Source: Gammaproteobacteria bacterium
Lineage (GTDB): Bacteria > Pseudomonadota > Gammaproteobacteria > Arenicellales > Poriferihabitantaceae
NCBI GenBank assembly: GCA_022822625.1
Contig: JAJEAV010000080.1
Span: 34,258-98,257, forward strand
Reading direction: 5' to 3'
DNA: 64,000 nucleotides
Positions 9,504-18,490 of the stretch are shown here, one piece after another. The notes under the pieces were generated by a model. That model was not told where the DNA came from, searched no databases, and saw only the letters and a list, made by a program, of their open reading frames with translations. Each line of letters starts with the position of its first letter. The first letter of the stretch is position 1. Position numbers and translations under genes: made by a program.

Positions 9504-11945
9504 TTAATCGTCTGAGCGTGGTCGTTTGTTTTCCGGGTCAAACTGCGCATCAGCGATAACGGAGGCCCTTCGTGGAGTGTTGAGAATCAGGACTTCAAGC
9601 TCGGTACCCGGCAGTGCAAATTCAGGTTTGACATAACCGAACGCCAGATACTGTCCAATTGCATAACCATATCCTCCGGAAGAAACATGTCCGATTGGCT
9701 GATTTTCATGAAGAATCGTTTCACCACCCAAAGGGTCGGCAATTGATTGCGAATTATTCGGTTCTTCCAGTTTGAGGTAGGCCAGTTTCCAGCGTACGGC
9801 CTCAGCCGTAGAAATCCGTGCACCCTGAAAGCCCCGTTCCCGGGAGAAACGCATTACATCTGCTTCGGCTACCGTCACTTCGGATGTAATCTCGTGACCG
9901 GATCGATAGGCTTTTTCCATGCGCATGGCATTCAGCGAAGCAGAACCAGTGTGGACGATGTCTTGACTGAGCGATGTGTTCATGAGGGTAGTGTAAACCC
10001 TGAGCATTTGGCCCATGGGTATATGCAACTCCCAACCCAGTTCTCCGGTATAGGTAACTCGCATCGCCCTAATGTTTTCAGTCTCGCCGATCTTCATGGT
10101 CTGGGCAGACAACCATCGAAAATTCGTATTGTCCAGATTTGTATTGGTACATTCTGCGAGAATCCTGCGGGACGCTGGACCGGCAAGCATGATGACCCCG
10201 ATTTCGTTGGAGAAATTGCCAAGGGTGATGTTTTCATCTTCGAGTCTTTGCGATTTCAGCCAATGGAACAGATAAGCTTCCCGGGCTGCGGCATACACTA
10301 GGTAATAGTGATTTTCTTCGAGCTTGACGAGTGTAGTCTCGCCCTCAATCCTTCCATTTGCGGCGACTAGATAAGTTAGTGAAATGCTTCCTTGTTTGGT
10401 GGGAATCCTGTTCGAGGAGATGCGGCTCAAGTACTGATCTGCATGTTCGCCGGATAGCTCAAGTTTCGAGAAGGCACTTAAGTCGGCAATTCCGGCATGG
10501 GCGCGAAGCTGCCTGACTTCTTCTCCGACAACATCGTGTAGGCGAGTCCTGGCGAAACTCTCGATATGCTGCCTGGGTGTATTTCCTGTTGCATACCAGT
10601 AAGGTCTCTCCCATCCCCCGATATCCTGATAGACCGCGCCATTTTGCCTGAGAACATCGTAAAGCGGAGTCGTTTTCGAATGTGATGGCCGACAGCCCGG
10701 ACGATCAAGGTTGGGGAATGGAATCTCATGCCTTAACAGGTAGTCTTCCTTGGCTTTTTCGATACGGTAGATATCGTCAATTCGAGCTCCAAAACGCATG
10801 GGGTCAAAGCTGTTCATTGAAATATCCGCAGCACCATGAGTCATCCACTGAGCCAGGTATTTCCCTGCACCCGGTCCCCAGGCAATACCCACTTGCGAAC
10901 CACAGCATAACCAGTAGTTCGGTATCTTGCAGGGTCCAAGCAGCATGTTGCCATCCGGGGGGTGGGTAATGGCACCATGAACGACGCGGCGGATACCAAG
11001 CTCGGCAAAGACCGGCATTCTTTCCATTGCATTTTCGAGCCAGGGCATGATTCTCTCGAAATCTGGTTCAAACAGTTCATTTTCCGACTCCCAGGGAGTT
11101 CCCTGGTCCCATACGGTGGCTGCATTGGCTTTCTCATAGATGCCGATTAACCCTGACTGTTGTTCCATGCGGATGTATCCTGAAACTTTTTGGTCATCCC
11201 TGACCACTGGGAGTTCTACCTCAAGGTTCTGAAATTCCGGCACGGTTTCCGTGACCAGATAATGGTGAAGAAGGTTGGCGATCGGAAGATCAAGGCCAAT
11301 CCATGCACCAATCTGACGAGCATAGGTGCCGGCTGCATTGACTACTCGCTCGGCGAGAATCTCCCCCTGCTCGGTTTGAATACGGAATTCCCTGTTGCTG
11401 CATATTTTCATCCCGATAGCCCGTTGGTTGCGCAGAATCCTGCAGCCCATCATACGTGCACCACGGGCCATGGCAAAGGTCACTCCGGCTGGGTCAACAT
11501 GCCCATCGTTTGGCGTATGCAGGGCAGCCTTGACCCCGTCAAGATTGTAGAAGGGGTGGAGTTCGCGAATCCTGTCCGGCCGAATAATTTCCATATCGTG
11601 TCCGATGCCACGACCGATTGAGGCGGTATAATGTAGCCAGTCCACCTCGGCGTCCAGATAAGCGAGACGCAAACTTCCACAGCCATGCCAGCTACAGGAT
11701 TGTCCGGTTTCATTCTCGAGTTGCGGATACAGGTCTGTCCCATGGGCGGCCATCCTAGCCAGTGAATAATGACTGACAGAGTGGGTAATTTGTCCTGCCG
11801 CATGCCAGGTGGAGCCGCTGGTCAGTTCGCTCTTTTCCAGTACTACAATATCGGTTTCACCTTCCTTGCAAAGGTGATAGGCGAGTGAGCAGCCCATAAT
11901 CCCGCCTCCAATAATCACGGTTCGGGCTTGAATCTGATTGGTCAT
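9504..11945 (-). CDS. FAD-dependent dehydrogenase fused to a GcvT-type aminomethyltransferase/folate-binding domain (dimethylglycine/sarcosine dehydrogenase family), paralog 1
   Basis: N-terminal dinucleotide fold VIIGGGIMGCSLAYHL. The motif SGSTWHAAG carries the His that bears covalent FAD in DMGDH-type enzymes. The 813-aa length and the C-terminal GcvT-like region (YTGELGWELH) fit the family. Confidence 0.85.
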   Translation of the reverse strand: MTNQIQARTVIIGGGIMGCSLAYHLCKEGETDIVVLEKSELTSGSTWHAAGQITHSVSHYSLARMAAHGTDLYPQLENETGQSCSWHGCGSLRLAYLDAEVDWLHYTASIGRGIGHDMEIIRPDRIRELHPFYNLDGVKAALHTPNDGHVDPAGVTFAMARGARMMGCRILRNQRAIGMKICSNREFRIQTEQGEILAERVVNAAGTYARQIGAWIGLDLPIANLLHHYLVTETVPEFQNLEVELPVVRDDQKVSGYIRMEQQSGLIGIYEKANAATVWDQGTPWESENELFEPDFERIMPWLENAMERMPVFAELGIRRVVHGAITHPPDGNMLLGPCKIPNYWLCCGSQVGIAWGPGAGKYLAQWMTHGAADISMNSFDPMRFGARIDDIYRIEKAKEDYLLRHEIPFPNLDRPGCRPSHSKTTPLYDVLRQNGAVYQDIGGWERPYWYATGNTPRQHIESFARTRLHDVVGEEVRQLRAHAGIADLSAFSKLELSGEHADQYLSRISSNRIPTKQGSISLTYLVAANGRIEGETTLVKLEENHYYLVYAAAREAYLFHWLKSQRLEDENITLGNFSNEIGVIMLAGPASRRILAECTNTNLDNTNFRWLSAQTMKIGETENIRAMRVTYTGELGWELHIPMGQMLRVYTTLMNTSLSQDIVHTGSASLNAMRMEKAYRSGHEITSEVTVAEADVMRFSRERGFQGARISTAEAVRWKLAYLKLEEPNNSQSIADPLGGETILHENQPIGHVSSGGYGYAIGQYLAFGYVKPEFALPGTELEVLILNTPRRASVIADAQFDPENKRPRSDD

Positions 11946-12110
11946 ACAGGTATATCAGAGTGAAAGGCAATACTGTAAATGATACACTCGTATCAAAATA
12001 CATGACAAGTGTTCATTTGTCACATTTTGCATTGTAGTCGAAACCAAATCCGGCTTGATGATGAATGACCATGAATCAATATTCAAACGCACGAAATAAT
12101 CACGAATCAG

Positions 12111-13001
12111 ATGTCCAGCAGCAAGTCAAAGCCGACAAGTCAGGAGGCAGTCGTCAAACGATTGCATGAAGTGATTGACGATTTACCGGGCAAGCTACAG
12201 GTCGCTGCCCGGTACATCATTGATCATCCGCATGAAGTGGGTATCAACACCATGCGTAATCTGGCTTCGGAGGCAGGGATTCATCCGAACTGTTTCGTGC
12301 GTCTTGCACGTGAGCTGGGTTTCAGCGGTCATGAGGAGATGCGTGAGCGATTTCGTGATTTTGTAAGAAGTGGTTTCGGAAGCAGTTCGGACCGAGTCGA
12401 GCATCTGCATGAACTCGAGAAACAGGGTGGAACTGCGGGTATCGTAGCCGGAATCGCCGAATCAATTCTCAATAATCATCTACAGACCGTGCAATCTCTG
12501 GATATGTGGGCTCTTGAGCAAGCTATCGAGTGGATGTGGGACAGTGAACGGGTTTATGTCCTGGGTTTGGGAGCGGGATATCCTCTGGCTTTTAATTTCT
12601 GGTATGTGGCTCGCATGATCCGTGAGCATTTCATACTGATTCCAAAACATGGCAGTCTGGCGATGGATGACATGTTGCATGCCGGGGCGGGTGACTTGTT
12701 GTTTTGCATGACATTTCAGCCGTACCGCACGGATGTTCTGGAAGCCATGCGTTTTGCCAAAGGTCAAGGGGTCAGGATTATCGGCTTGTCCGACAGCTCG
12801 GCAGCAAGGATTTGCCGGGAAGCCGATCTTGGCTTGTACGCACCCACCCACACCCCGCAATTTTTTCACAGCAATGCTGCGGTAACGGGTCTTCTGGAAA
12901 TGCTGTGTGCGATTCTGGTTGTAAAGGGCGGAAAAGCGGCCTCCCGTCATGTTGAAGAACTCAATACCTTGCGTTGGGAGAGTGGAATTTATGAAGAGTA
13001 G
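12111..13001 (+). CDS. MurR/RpiR-family transcriptional regulator (HTH + SIS domain)
   Basis: The N-terminus shows the HTH_6-like pattern LPGKLQVAARYIIDHPHEV...MRNLASEAGIHPNCFVRLAREL. The C-terminal SIS-like region includes VYVLGLGAGYPLA. The gene is divergent from paralog 1. Confidence 0.8.
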   Translation: MSSSKSKPTSQEAVVKRLHEVIDDLPGKLQVAARYIIDHPHEVGINTMRNLASEAGIHPNCFVRLARELGFSGHEEMRERFRDFVRSGFGSSSDRVEHLHELEKQGGTAGIVAGIAESILNNHLQTVQSLDMWALEQAIEWMWDSERVYVLGLGAGYPLAFNFWYVARMIREHFILIPKHGSLAMDDMLHAGAGDLLFCMTFQPYRTDVLEAMRFAKGQGVRIIGLSDSSAARICREADLGLYAPTHTPQFFHSNAAVTGLLEMLCAILVVKGGKAASRHVEELNTLRWESGIYEE

Positions 13002-13085
13002 CCAGGCACATCACATGGGAGACTGTAGATATTCTCCATGGAGCCCAGAGAGGTTTGCGGAGATCAGAAGTAGAGTTGGGATTGC

Positions 13086-13117
13086 AAAAAAAACCATCGT
13101 CCGAAACCGGACGATGG
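13086..13117 (-). terminator. Rho-independent terminator downstream of the phasin gene
   Basis: On the minus strand, CCATCGTCCG-GTTT-CGGACGATGG forms a perfect 10-bp stem followed by T8. It lies about 45 nt after the phasin stop. Confidence 0.8.
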
Positions 13118-13163
13118 TCACCAACAAGAGGAAAATAATGATGAATTTGGATGTCGGTTACGA

Positions 13164-13499
13164 TCAGGCCGCTTTCTTGACGGCAGGAGCCGCTTTTTTC
13201 ACGTTCGGCAACTTACGGGCTTCTTCAATGAATTCGGCATTGATTTTGCCTAAAGCTTCCAGATCGCTGGTGACCTGCTCGTTAACTTTCCTGGCCACTG
13301 CCTTGAGATCTTCTACGTAGACATTGAGTTCTTCAACGGTCTTGACTTCAAGACCGGCGTTCAGGTTTTTGAAGCCCAGATCAGCATAAGCCTTGAAGCT
13401 TTCGACCTGCATTCCAATGACAGTTTCAACGTTTTTCAGAACCAGCTGATTGAACGCAATGGCCGGAGCCATAAAATTATTGATTTCGGTTGTTTTCAT
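13164..13499 (-). CDS. Phasin-family (PHA granule-associated) protein
   Basis: 111 aa and helical. The N-terminus NQLVLKNVETVIGMQVESFKAYADLG and the Lys/Ala-rich tail KKAAPAVKKAA are typical of phasins. Confidence 0.75.
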   Translation of the reverse strand: MKTTEINNFMAPAIAFNQLVLKNVETVIGMQVESFKAYADLGFKNLNAGLEVKTVEELNVYVEDLKAVARKVNEQVTSDLEALGKINAEFIEEARKLPNVKKAAPAVKKAA

Positions 13500-13540
13500 T
13501 TTTCAAGTACCTGTATTTGATATTTGTAATATTTAATCGA

Positions 13541-13584
13541 ATTGTGCAATGCATCATAACATTGTTTATTGTGCAATGCACCAT
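13541..13584. promoter_or_regulatory. Two copies of a 17-mer, ATTGTGCAATGCA(T/C)CAT, upstream of the phasin gene; candidate operator
   Basis: The copies are at 13541-13557 and 13568-13584, offset by 27 nt. Each contains the palindromic core GTGCA-A-TGCA(C/T). The region is very AT-rich and lies 40-85 nt upstream of the phasin ATG. Confidence 0.45.
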
Positions 13585-13636
13585 TTTTTATCATATAATA
13601 TTTTTATGAAATCGATAAATTAATATATGAATAATT

Positions 13637-14386
13637 TCAGATGGCAGACAATGTTTGATAGGCAAGGAACAGTCCGGTTGCAATCAGGATTACCGCGACT
13701 GTCTTCTTGATGACGGGAACGGGAAGCCGGTGTGCTGTTTGACCCCCAACAAACGCGCTGACACCAAGCAGTACTGCAAGCATCAGCCCTAACTCGAAAT
13801 CGATTTGACCGTGCAGCAGATTGCCGGTCGTAGCCATTGTAGCGATCGGGACTTGTATGACCTGTGCCAGACTGAGTGTATGTAATGTAGACATTCCCAT
13901 AAACATCAGAATTGGCATGAGTAGCAGAGGACCTCCGGTTCCAGTGAGAGCGGAACCGATACCGCAAGCCAGGCCGATCAGGAATAGCGCACTTGTGCCT
14001 GAGCTCCAGGTTGTGTTGATGAATAATTTGGGTTGGCTGGTGAGTGCGGAAATTCCGGCACCAAGAGCGAACAGTCCAAAAAACAGCGAGAGCATGTTCA
14101 CTGGGGTTTGATTGAGTAACCATGCGCCCAAAAATGCTCCAGGCATGGCGCCGATACAAAGGGGTACTGCCATACGCCATGGCAAGGTGCCATGCAGGGA
14201 GTAGCTCAATGTCCCTATCAGGCCAGTTATCACATAGCTCAACATGGCGGCAGGGATTGCCTGGTGGAGTGGCAGGTCTCCGATCAAGTGAAGTGCCGGC
14301 ACCAGTAAGACACCGCCGACACCAGCATAGCCGATCAGGGCCCCCGCCACCAGAACCACGGCGATCAGTGCCGAAGAGAGAATCAT
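13637..14386 (-). CDS. TauE/SafE (DUF81) family sulfite/anion exporter-type membrane protein
   Basis: 249 aa and polytopic. Gly-rich TM repeats such as GYAGVGGVLLVPAL and GSALTGTGGPLLLMPIL are typical of the family. Confidence 0.8.
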   Translation of the reverse strand: MILSSALIAVVLVAGALIGYAGVGGVLLVPALHLIGDLPLHQAIPAAMLSYVITGLIGTLSYSLHGTLPWRMAVPLCIGAMPGAFLGAWLLNQTPVNMLSLFFGLFALGAGISALTSQPKLFINTTWSSGTSALFLIGLACGIGSALTGTGGPLLLMPILMFMGMSTLHTLSLAQVIQVPIATMATTGNLLHGQIDFELGLMLAVLLGVSAFVGGQTAHRLPVPVIKKTVAVILIATGLFLAYQTLSAI

Positions 14387-14523
14387 TGCGAACTCAAACT
14401 ATAGGGGTATCGGGTGGTTCAATTACAGGGAGGAACACGCTCGAGTCCTACCTCTTGGGCAGATTGTATTTTCCGGTTCAGACTTGCAGTATGGGATCAG
14501 CTGCGAAAGTGAATTCGGCTTGC

Positions 14524-15651
14524 CTATAACAACTCTCGAATGTATTTTTCCCGGGCAAGACGCCAGAACACAACAATGAATGCGGTCAGCGGAATCGCGA
14601 GAATCATGCCCAGAATGCTGTTTAGGGCCGTACCCCAGAAAAAAACACCAACTATAATCATCAGGGGATTCAATCCCGTTGCCTTGCCCATGATACGGGG
14701 AGTCAGTATGTAGCTTTCAATAAGTTGTACGATTGCAAAAATACCGAGGGTAAGTGAAGCTAATGCCAGCCCTCCATCGATCTGGAACCACGCAGTAGGC
14801 AGACAGATTGCAATCCCCAGGATGGTGCCAAGAAACGGTATGATGTTCAGAAAGCCAAGGATCAGACCGAGGGTAACACCATATTGAAGTCCGATCGCGG
14901 AAAACCCGATTGCCAGAATCACTCCCTGAAGCAGGGCAATCACAATCTGCCCCCTGAAAAACACCACAATCAGGTTGAAAAATTCCCGGATTAGATGAAT
15001 TACGGCATCAGCGGTTGTTGATTTGAGAAATGGTAGATACCCCGGTTCAAGAGAGCTAGGGCGAACCTTGTCCATGACCAGAAACAGAGCTAGATAGATA
15101 GGGGTGACGACCCAGCCCAGAAGAGAGAGAACAGTCGAGGCGATATTGGAACCAGCAGAGGCAATCCCGGAGACCAGCTGTTTGCTGAACGCCAATAGCG
15201 GCCCTGTCAAGTTGTCCTTCATCGAGGCGATCTGTTGCTTGAACTGTTCAAATCCGACTAGCCTGTCAAGCTTGGGTAGTTGTTCCCGAGACCAGTTGAT
15301 CAGTGCATCCAGCATGCTCGGTACCTGCTCCAAAATTCCCACAGCCTGATTGATGATGAGCGCGCCAAAAATCATCAGAATCGTGATGATCGGCACAAGC
15401 AGCGACAGGAATACTATCAGTACTGCCAGTGGTGCCGGCATTCTTGCATGTAGCAATTTGTACCAGGGCTCCAGCACCATGGCGACCACAGCGGCCACCG
15501 CCAATGGCAAAAATACTGATTCAAAGACCTGGAAGAATCTGGCCAGAAAATACAGGAACACGACTACTCCAGCGATTATCAATCCGGACCCCAGTACGGT
15601 AACGCCGGCTGCAATGATTTTCTTTTGAATGTCTGAGAGTTCTATATTCAT
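14524..15651 (-). CDS. AI-2E (PerM/YhhT) family transporter
   Basis: Polytopic, with the conserved C-terminal block LNIIPFLGTILG...LTPRIMGKATGLNPLMIIVGVFFWG. The track start at 15717 is TTG, and I list the first ATG (MNIELS...) instead. Neither candidate has a strong RBS. Confidence 0.8.
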   Translation of the reverse strand: MNIELSDIQKKIIAAGVTVLGSGLIIAGVVVFLYFLARFFQVFESVFLPLAVAAVVAMVLEPWYKLLHARMPAPLAVLIVFLSLLVPIITILMIFGALIINQAVGILEQVPSMLDALINWSREQLPKLDRLVGFEQFKQQIASMKDNLTGPLLAFSKQLVSGIASAGSNIASTVLSLLGWVVTPIYLALFLVMDKVRPSSLEPGYLPFLKSTTADAVIHLIREFFNLIVVFFRGQIVIALLQGVILAIGFSAIGLQYGVTLGLILGFLNIIPFLGTILGIAICLPTAWFQIDGGLALASLTLGIFAIVQLIESYILTPRIMGKATGLNPLMIIVGVFFWGTALNSILGMILAIPLTAFIVVFWRLAREKYIRELL

Positions 15652-15866
15652 GGATGCGGGGAAAGGCAAGTCTGCAACGCAGTGACCATATTCGGCCAGG
15701 ATCAAGTATGTCTGCAATCATGCATGGTTGGCTTTGCGGAATCAAGAAAAATGAAACGATGAAATACATTAAAATTCAAATGTATCAATATTGATTGTTG
15801 TGGTACAAATGTACTATATTTAACTTGTCATATGACTTTCCTGTTTGTTGGTTGTGGTGAATTGAC

Positions 15867-17009
15867 ATGTCTTCGAATACTATTTCTGAACCGATTCTGG
15901 GACTTTCTGCCAAATATTTCACGGATGGCCGGACTCATGAGCAAATCAAGCACAAGGTGTTCTTCAGAACATGGCAGTTTGCTTGCCATGAAAGTCGAGT
16001 CCGGCAAAAAGGTGATTATTTCACCTTGAACCTGCTTGATCAGGATATCGTTATTGTCCGAGATGGAGAAATGCGGTTGCAGGCCTTCTATAATGTTTGC
16101 CAGCATCGGGGGCATCGACTTCTTGAAGGACAGGGCAACAAGCAACGCATCAGTTGTCCCTATCATTCATGGACATATAATCTTGCGGGTCAGTTGATTG
16201 CTGCTCCCAACTCCGGTTCGGTTTCGGGATTTGATGCCTCCAGCATTTGCATCCCAAAAATCCGCGTCGAAAATTTACTGGGCTTCGTATTCATCAATCT
16301 GGATGAACAGGCTCTCGGCATGGATCAATGCTATCCCGGTGTTCGCGAGGCAATACTGGATATTTGCCCTGAAATCGAATCACGGCAATTTGCTTTTGAA
16401 CATCATGTCAATGAAGGTTGCAACTGGTTGACTGCGGTCGAGAATTACAACGAATGTTATCACTGCAAACTTGCCCACGCCGAGTTTGCCAAGGGCATTA
16501 TCGATCCGGCCAGCTACAGTATCGTGCCGTTTGGCCAGGGCAGGGTACTTGAACACACCTCCAAGGCGAGTCAGAGTAGCCAGGCCTGGTATGACATGCA
16601 GGGTTCGGGTTATGCCAGCTATTATCTGTGGCCGACAAGTTCGATCCAGATTTATCCGGGTGGTGTGATCAATACCTACCACTGGCGACCATTGTCGGTT
16701 GATGATGTATGCGTATATCGAGGCTGGTATTCCGACGATGGTGAAATAAGCGATACATTGCAGAAAGTCATTGATCTGGATCGTGAGACTACGTTTTCAG
16801 AAGACCTGAAACTGGTGCGCAATGTTCAGCGCGGCCTGTATTCCAAGGGGTACCGCCCCGGCCCATTAGTCGTTGATCCGGCCGGTGGGATAGACAACGA
16901 GCTATCGATCGCTGTTCTTCATGAATGGCTGAGAGCATCACTTGACGAGACCTGGGTCCAGTCAAACACCAATGGCAATCCAGTCCAGGAAAAAACCCAT
17001 GCAGGATAG
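15867..17009 (+). CDS. Rieske [2Fe-2S] non-haem-iron oxygenase alpha subunit (GbcA/Stc2/CntA-like class)
   Basis: Rieske motif CQHRGHRL...CPYHSWTY and mononuclear iron motif ENYNECYHCKLAH (H-x4-H). Size is 380 aa. Confidence 0.85.
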   Translation: MSSNTISEPILGLSAKYFTDGRTHEQIKHKVFFRTWQFACHESRVRQKGDYFTLNLLDQDIVIVRDGEMRLQAFYNVCQHRGHRLLEGQGNKQRISCPYHSWTYNLAGQLIAAPNSGSVSGFDASSICIPKIRVENLLGFVFINLDEQALGMDQCYPGVREAILDICPEIESRQFAFEHHVNEGCNWLTAVENYNECYHCKLAHAEFAKGIIDPASYSIVPFGQGRVLEHTSKASQSSQAWYDMQGSGYASYYLWPTSSIQIYPGGVINTYHWRPLSVDDVCVYRGWYSDDGEISDTLQKVIDLDRETTFSEDLKLVRNVQRGLYSKGYRPGPLVVDPAGGIDNELSIAVLHEWLRASLDETWVQSNTNGNPVQEKTHAG

Positions 17010-18315
17010 TCCAGGTAGTTCACAACGGTATTCGGATCGGTTGTTCCAAATTGCCGAGAATGTTATTCCGGGTGCTGGACTTGGAAGCTATGCCTTGTCG
17101 AAGGATGTTCGACTGATTTACAGTCATGGTCGGGGATCACGTATGTGGGATGTAGACGGGCGTGAATATATTGATTATGTCGGTGGTGCAGGTGCCCTGA
17201 TCCTGGGACATGGCCATCCAGCAGTTGTTCAAGCCTCGAAAGACCAACTGGAGCGTGGGGCACATATGTTTGGTTCGCTAAACGATGTTGCCATTACTCT
17301 GGCCGAGAGACTGGTCAACGACATTCCCTGTGCAGAGAAACTGATTTATGCAACAACAGGTTCGGAAGCGACTGCCTATGCAATGCGTCTTGCTCGTGCC
17401 TTTACCGGGCGAGAAAAAATCCTCAAGTTCGAGGGGGCGTATCATGGAAATCATGATTATGCAATTGTAAGCTGTTTCCCTAGGGAGAGCGGTGATTATC
17501 CACAGGGAGTTGCCGATTTCTCGGGTCAGCCAGTAGCTACTACTTCAACGATGCTGGTTTGCCCTTTCAATGATCTTGAGACTCTGGGTAGTGTGGTAGC
17601 GCAAAATAAAAACGAAATCGCTGCAATCATTGCCGAGCCGGTTCAGAGAATCATTGCGGCGAAACCGGAGTTTCTGCACGGTATCCAGAAAATCTGCCGG
17701 GACAACGATATCGTATTCATTCTGGATGAGGTCGTTACGGGTTTCCGTTTGAGTTATGCGGGTGGGCAAGGCTGGTATGACGTCAAGCCCGATCTGGCAA
17801 GCTTTGGAAAGATTGTCGGGGGAGGTGGTCCGATGTCCTGTGTTGCAGGGCGTGCCGATATTCTTGACCTGGCTGACCCGGATTACAAGGGTCGACCTGG
17901 CTATGCCTACATCAATGGAACACTGCATGGCAATCCAGTGGCTGCCAGCGCAACCCTTGCCATGCTGGATGTATTAAGCCAGCCGAAGGTCTACGAGCGC
18001 ATGAATGCCTATACCGAGGAACTATGTGTTGCCTGTCAACAGGTATTGAACAAATACAGGATTGATGCGATTGCCGAGTGTACAGGGTCACTATGGCAAA
18101 TCCTGTTCATGAATCAGTCGCCAGTCAGTATTTCGGATATTCTGGCTTCCAATCAAGGTGCCATGCGCCGCCTGGATACAGAGTTGCTGAAGCAGGGGCA
18201 GTATGTACTTCCCGGGGTGCGACGTTTTGTTTCAGCCGTGCATGATGATCGTGATTTTGAGGAGACGGTGCGCGGTCTGGAGGAGGCCTGCAGGGTCTTC
18301 AACAAATTGGGATGA
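16999..18315 (+). CDS. Class-III PLP aminotransferase, glutamate-1-semialdehyde aminomutase-like
   Basis: Motifs ILDEVVTGFRLSYAGGQ and SFGKIVGGGGPMS (PLP-Lys) are present. The ATG at 16999 overlaps the Rieske stop by 11 nt; the track start at 16942 would overlap further. Confidence 0.85.
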   Translation: MQDSPGSSQRYSDRLFQIAENVIPGAGLGSYALSKDVRLIYSHGRGSRMWDVDGREYIDYVGGAGALILGHGHPAVVQASKDQLERGAHMFGSLNDVAITLAERLVNDIPCAEKLIYATTGSEATAYAMRLARAFTGREKILKFEGAYHGNHDYAIVSCFPRESGDYPQGVADFSGQPVATTSTMLVCPFNDLETLGSVVAQNKNEIAAIIAEPVQRIIAAKPEFLHGIQKICRDNDIVFILDEVVTGFRLSYAGGQGWYDVKPDLASFGKIVGGGGPMSCVAGRADILDLADPDYKGRPGYAYINGTLHGNPVAASATLAMLDVLSQPKVYERMNAYTEELCVACQQVLNKYRIDAIAECTGSLWQILFMNQSPVSISDILASNQGAMRRLDTELLKQGQYVLPGVRRFVSAVHDDRDFEETVRGLEEACRVFNKLG

Positions 18316-18490
18316 AGGTCATCGGGTATTCGGCCTTCTGAAAAACTGCAGGGCCAAATGCTGATTCATTGAGCATGAATATGGTGCATGGCAAACTGCA
18401 ATCTGATGCCTGGAATCGCGAGGAAGCCTTGGTTGCATGTCCCGTTCTCCGGCTGTCAACGCAGAACTTGCAGGTTCTGGCCAGTGGATA

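Noticed and set aside
13620-14180. 186-aa minus-strand ORF in an alternative frame of the TauE/SafE gene
   Set aside because: It has Arg/Ser/His-rich shadow composition. The overlapping frame 13637-14386 gives a coherent polytopic membrane protein.
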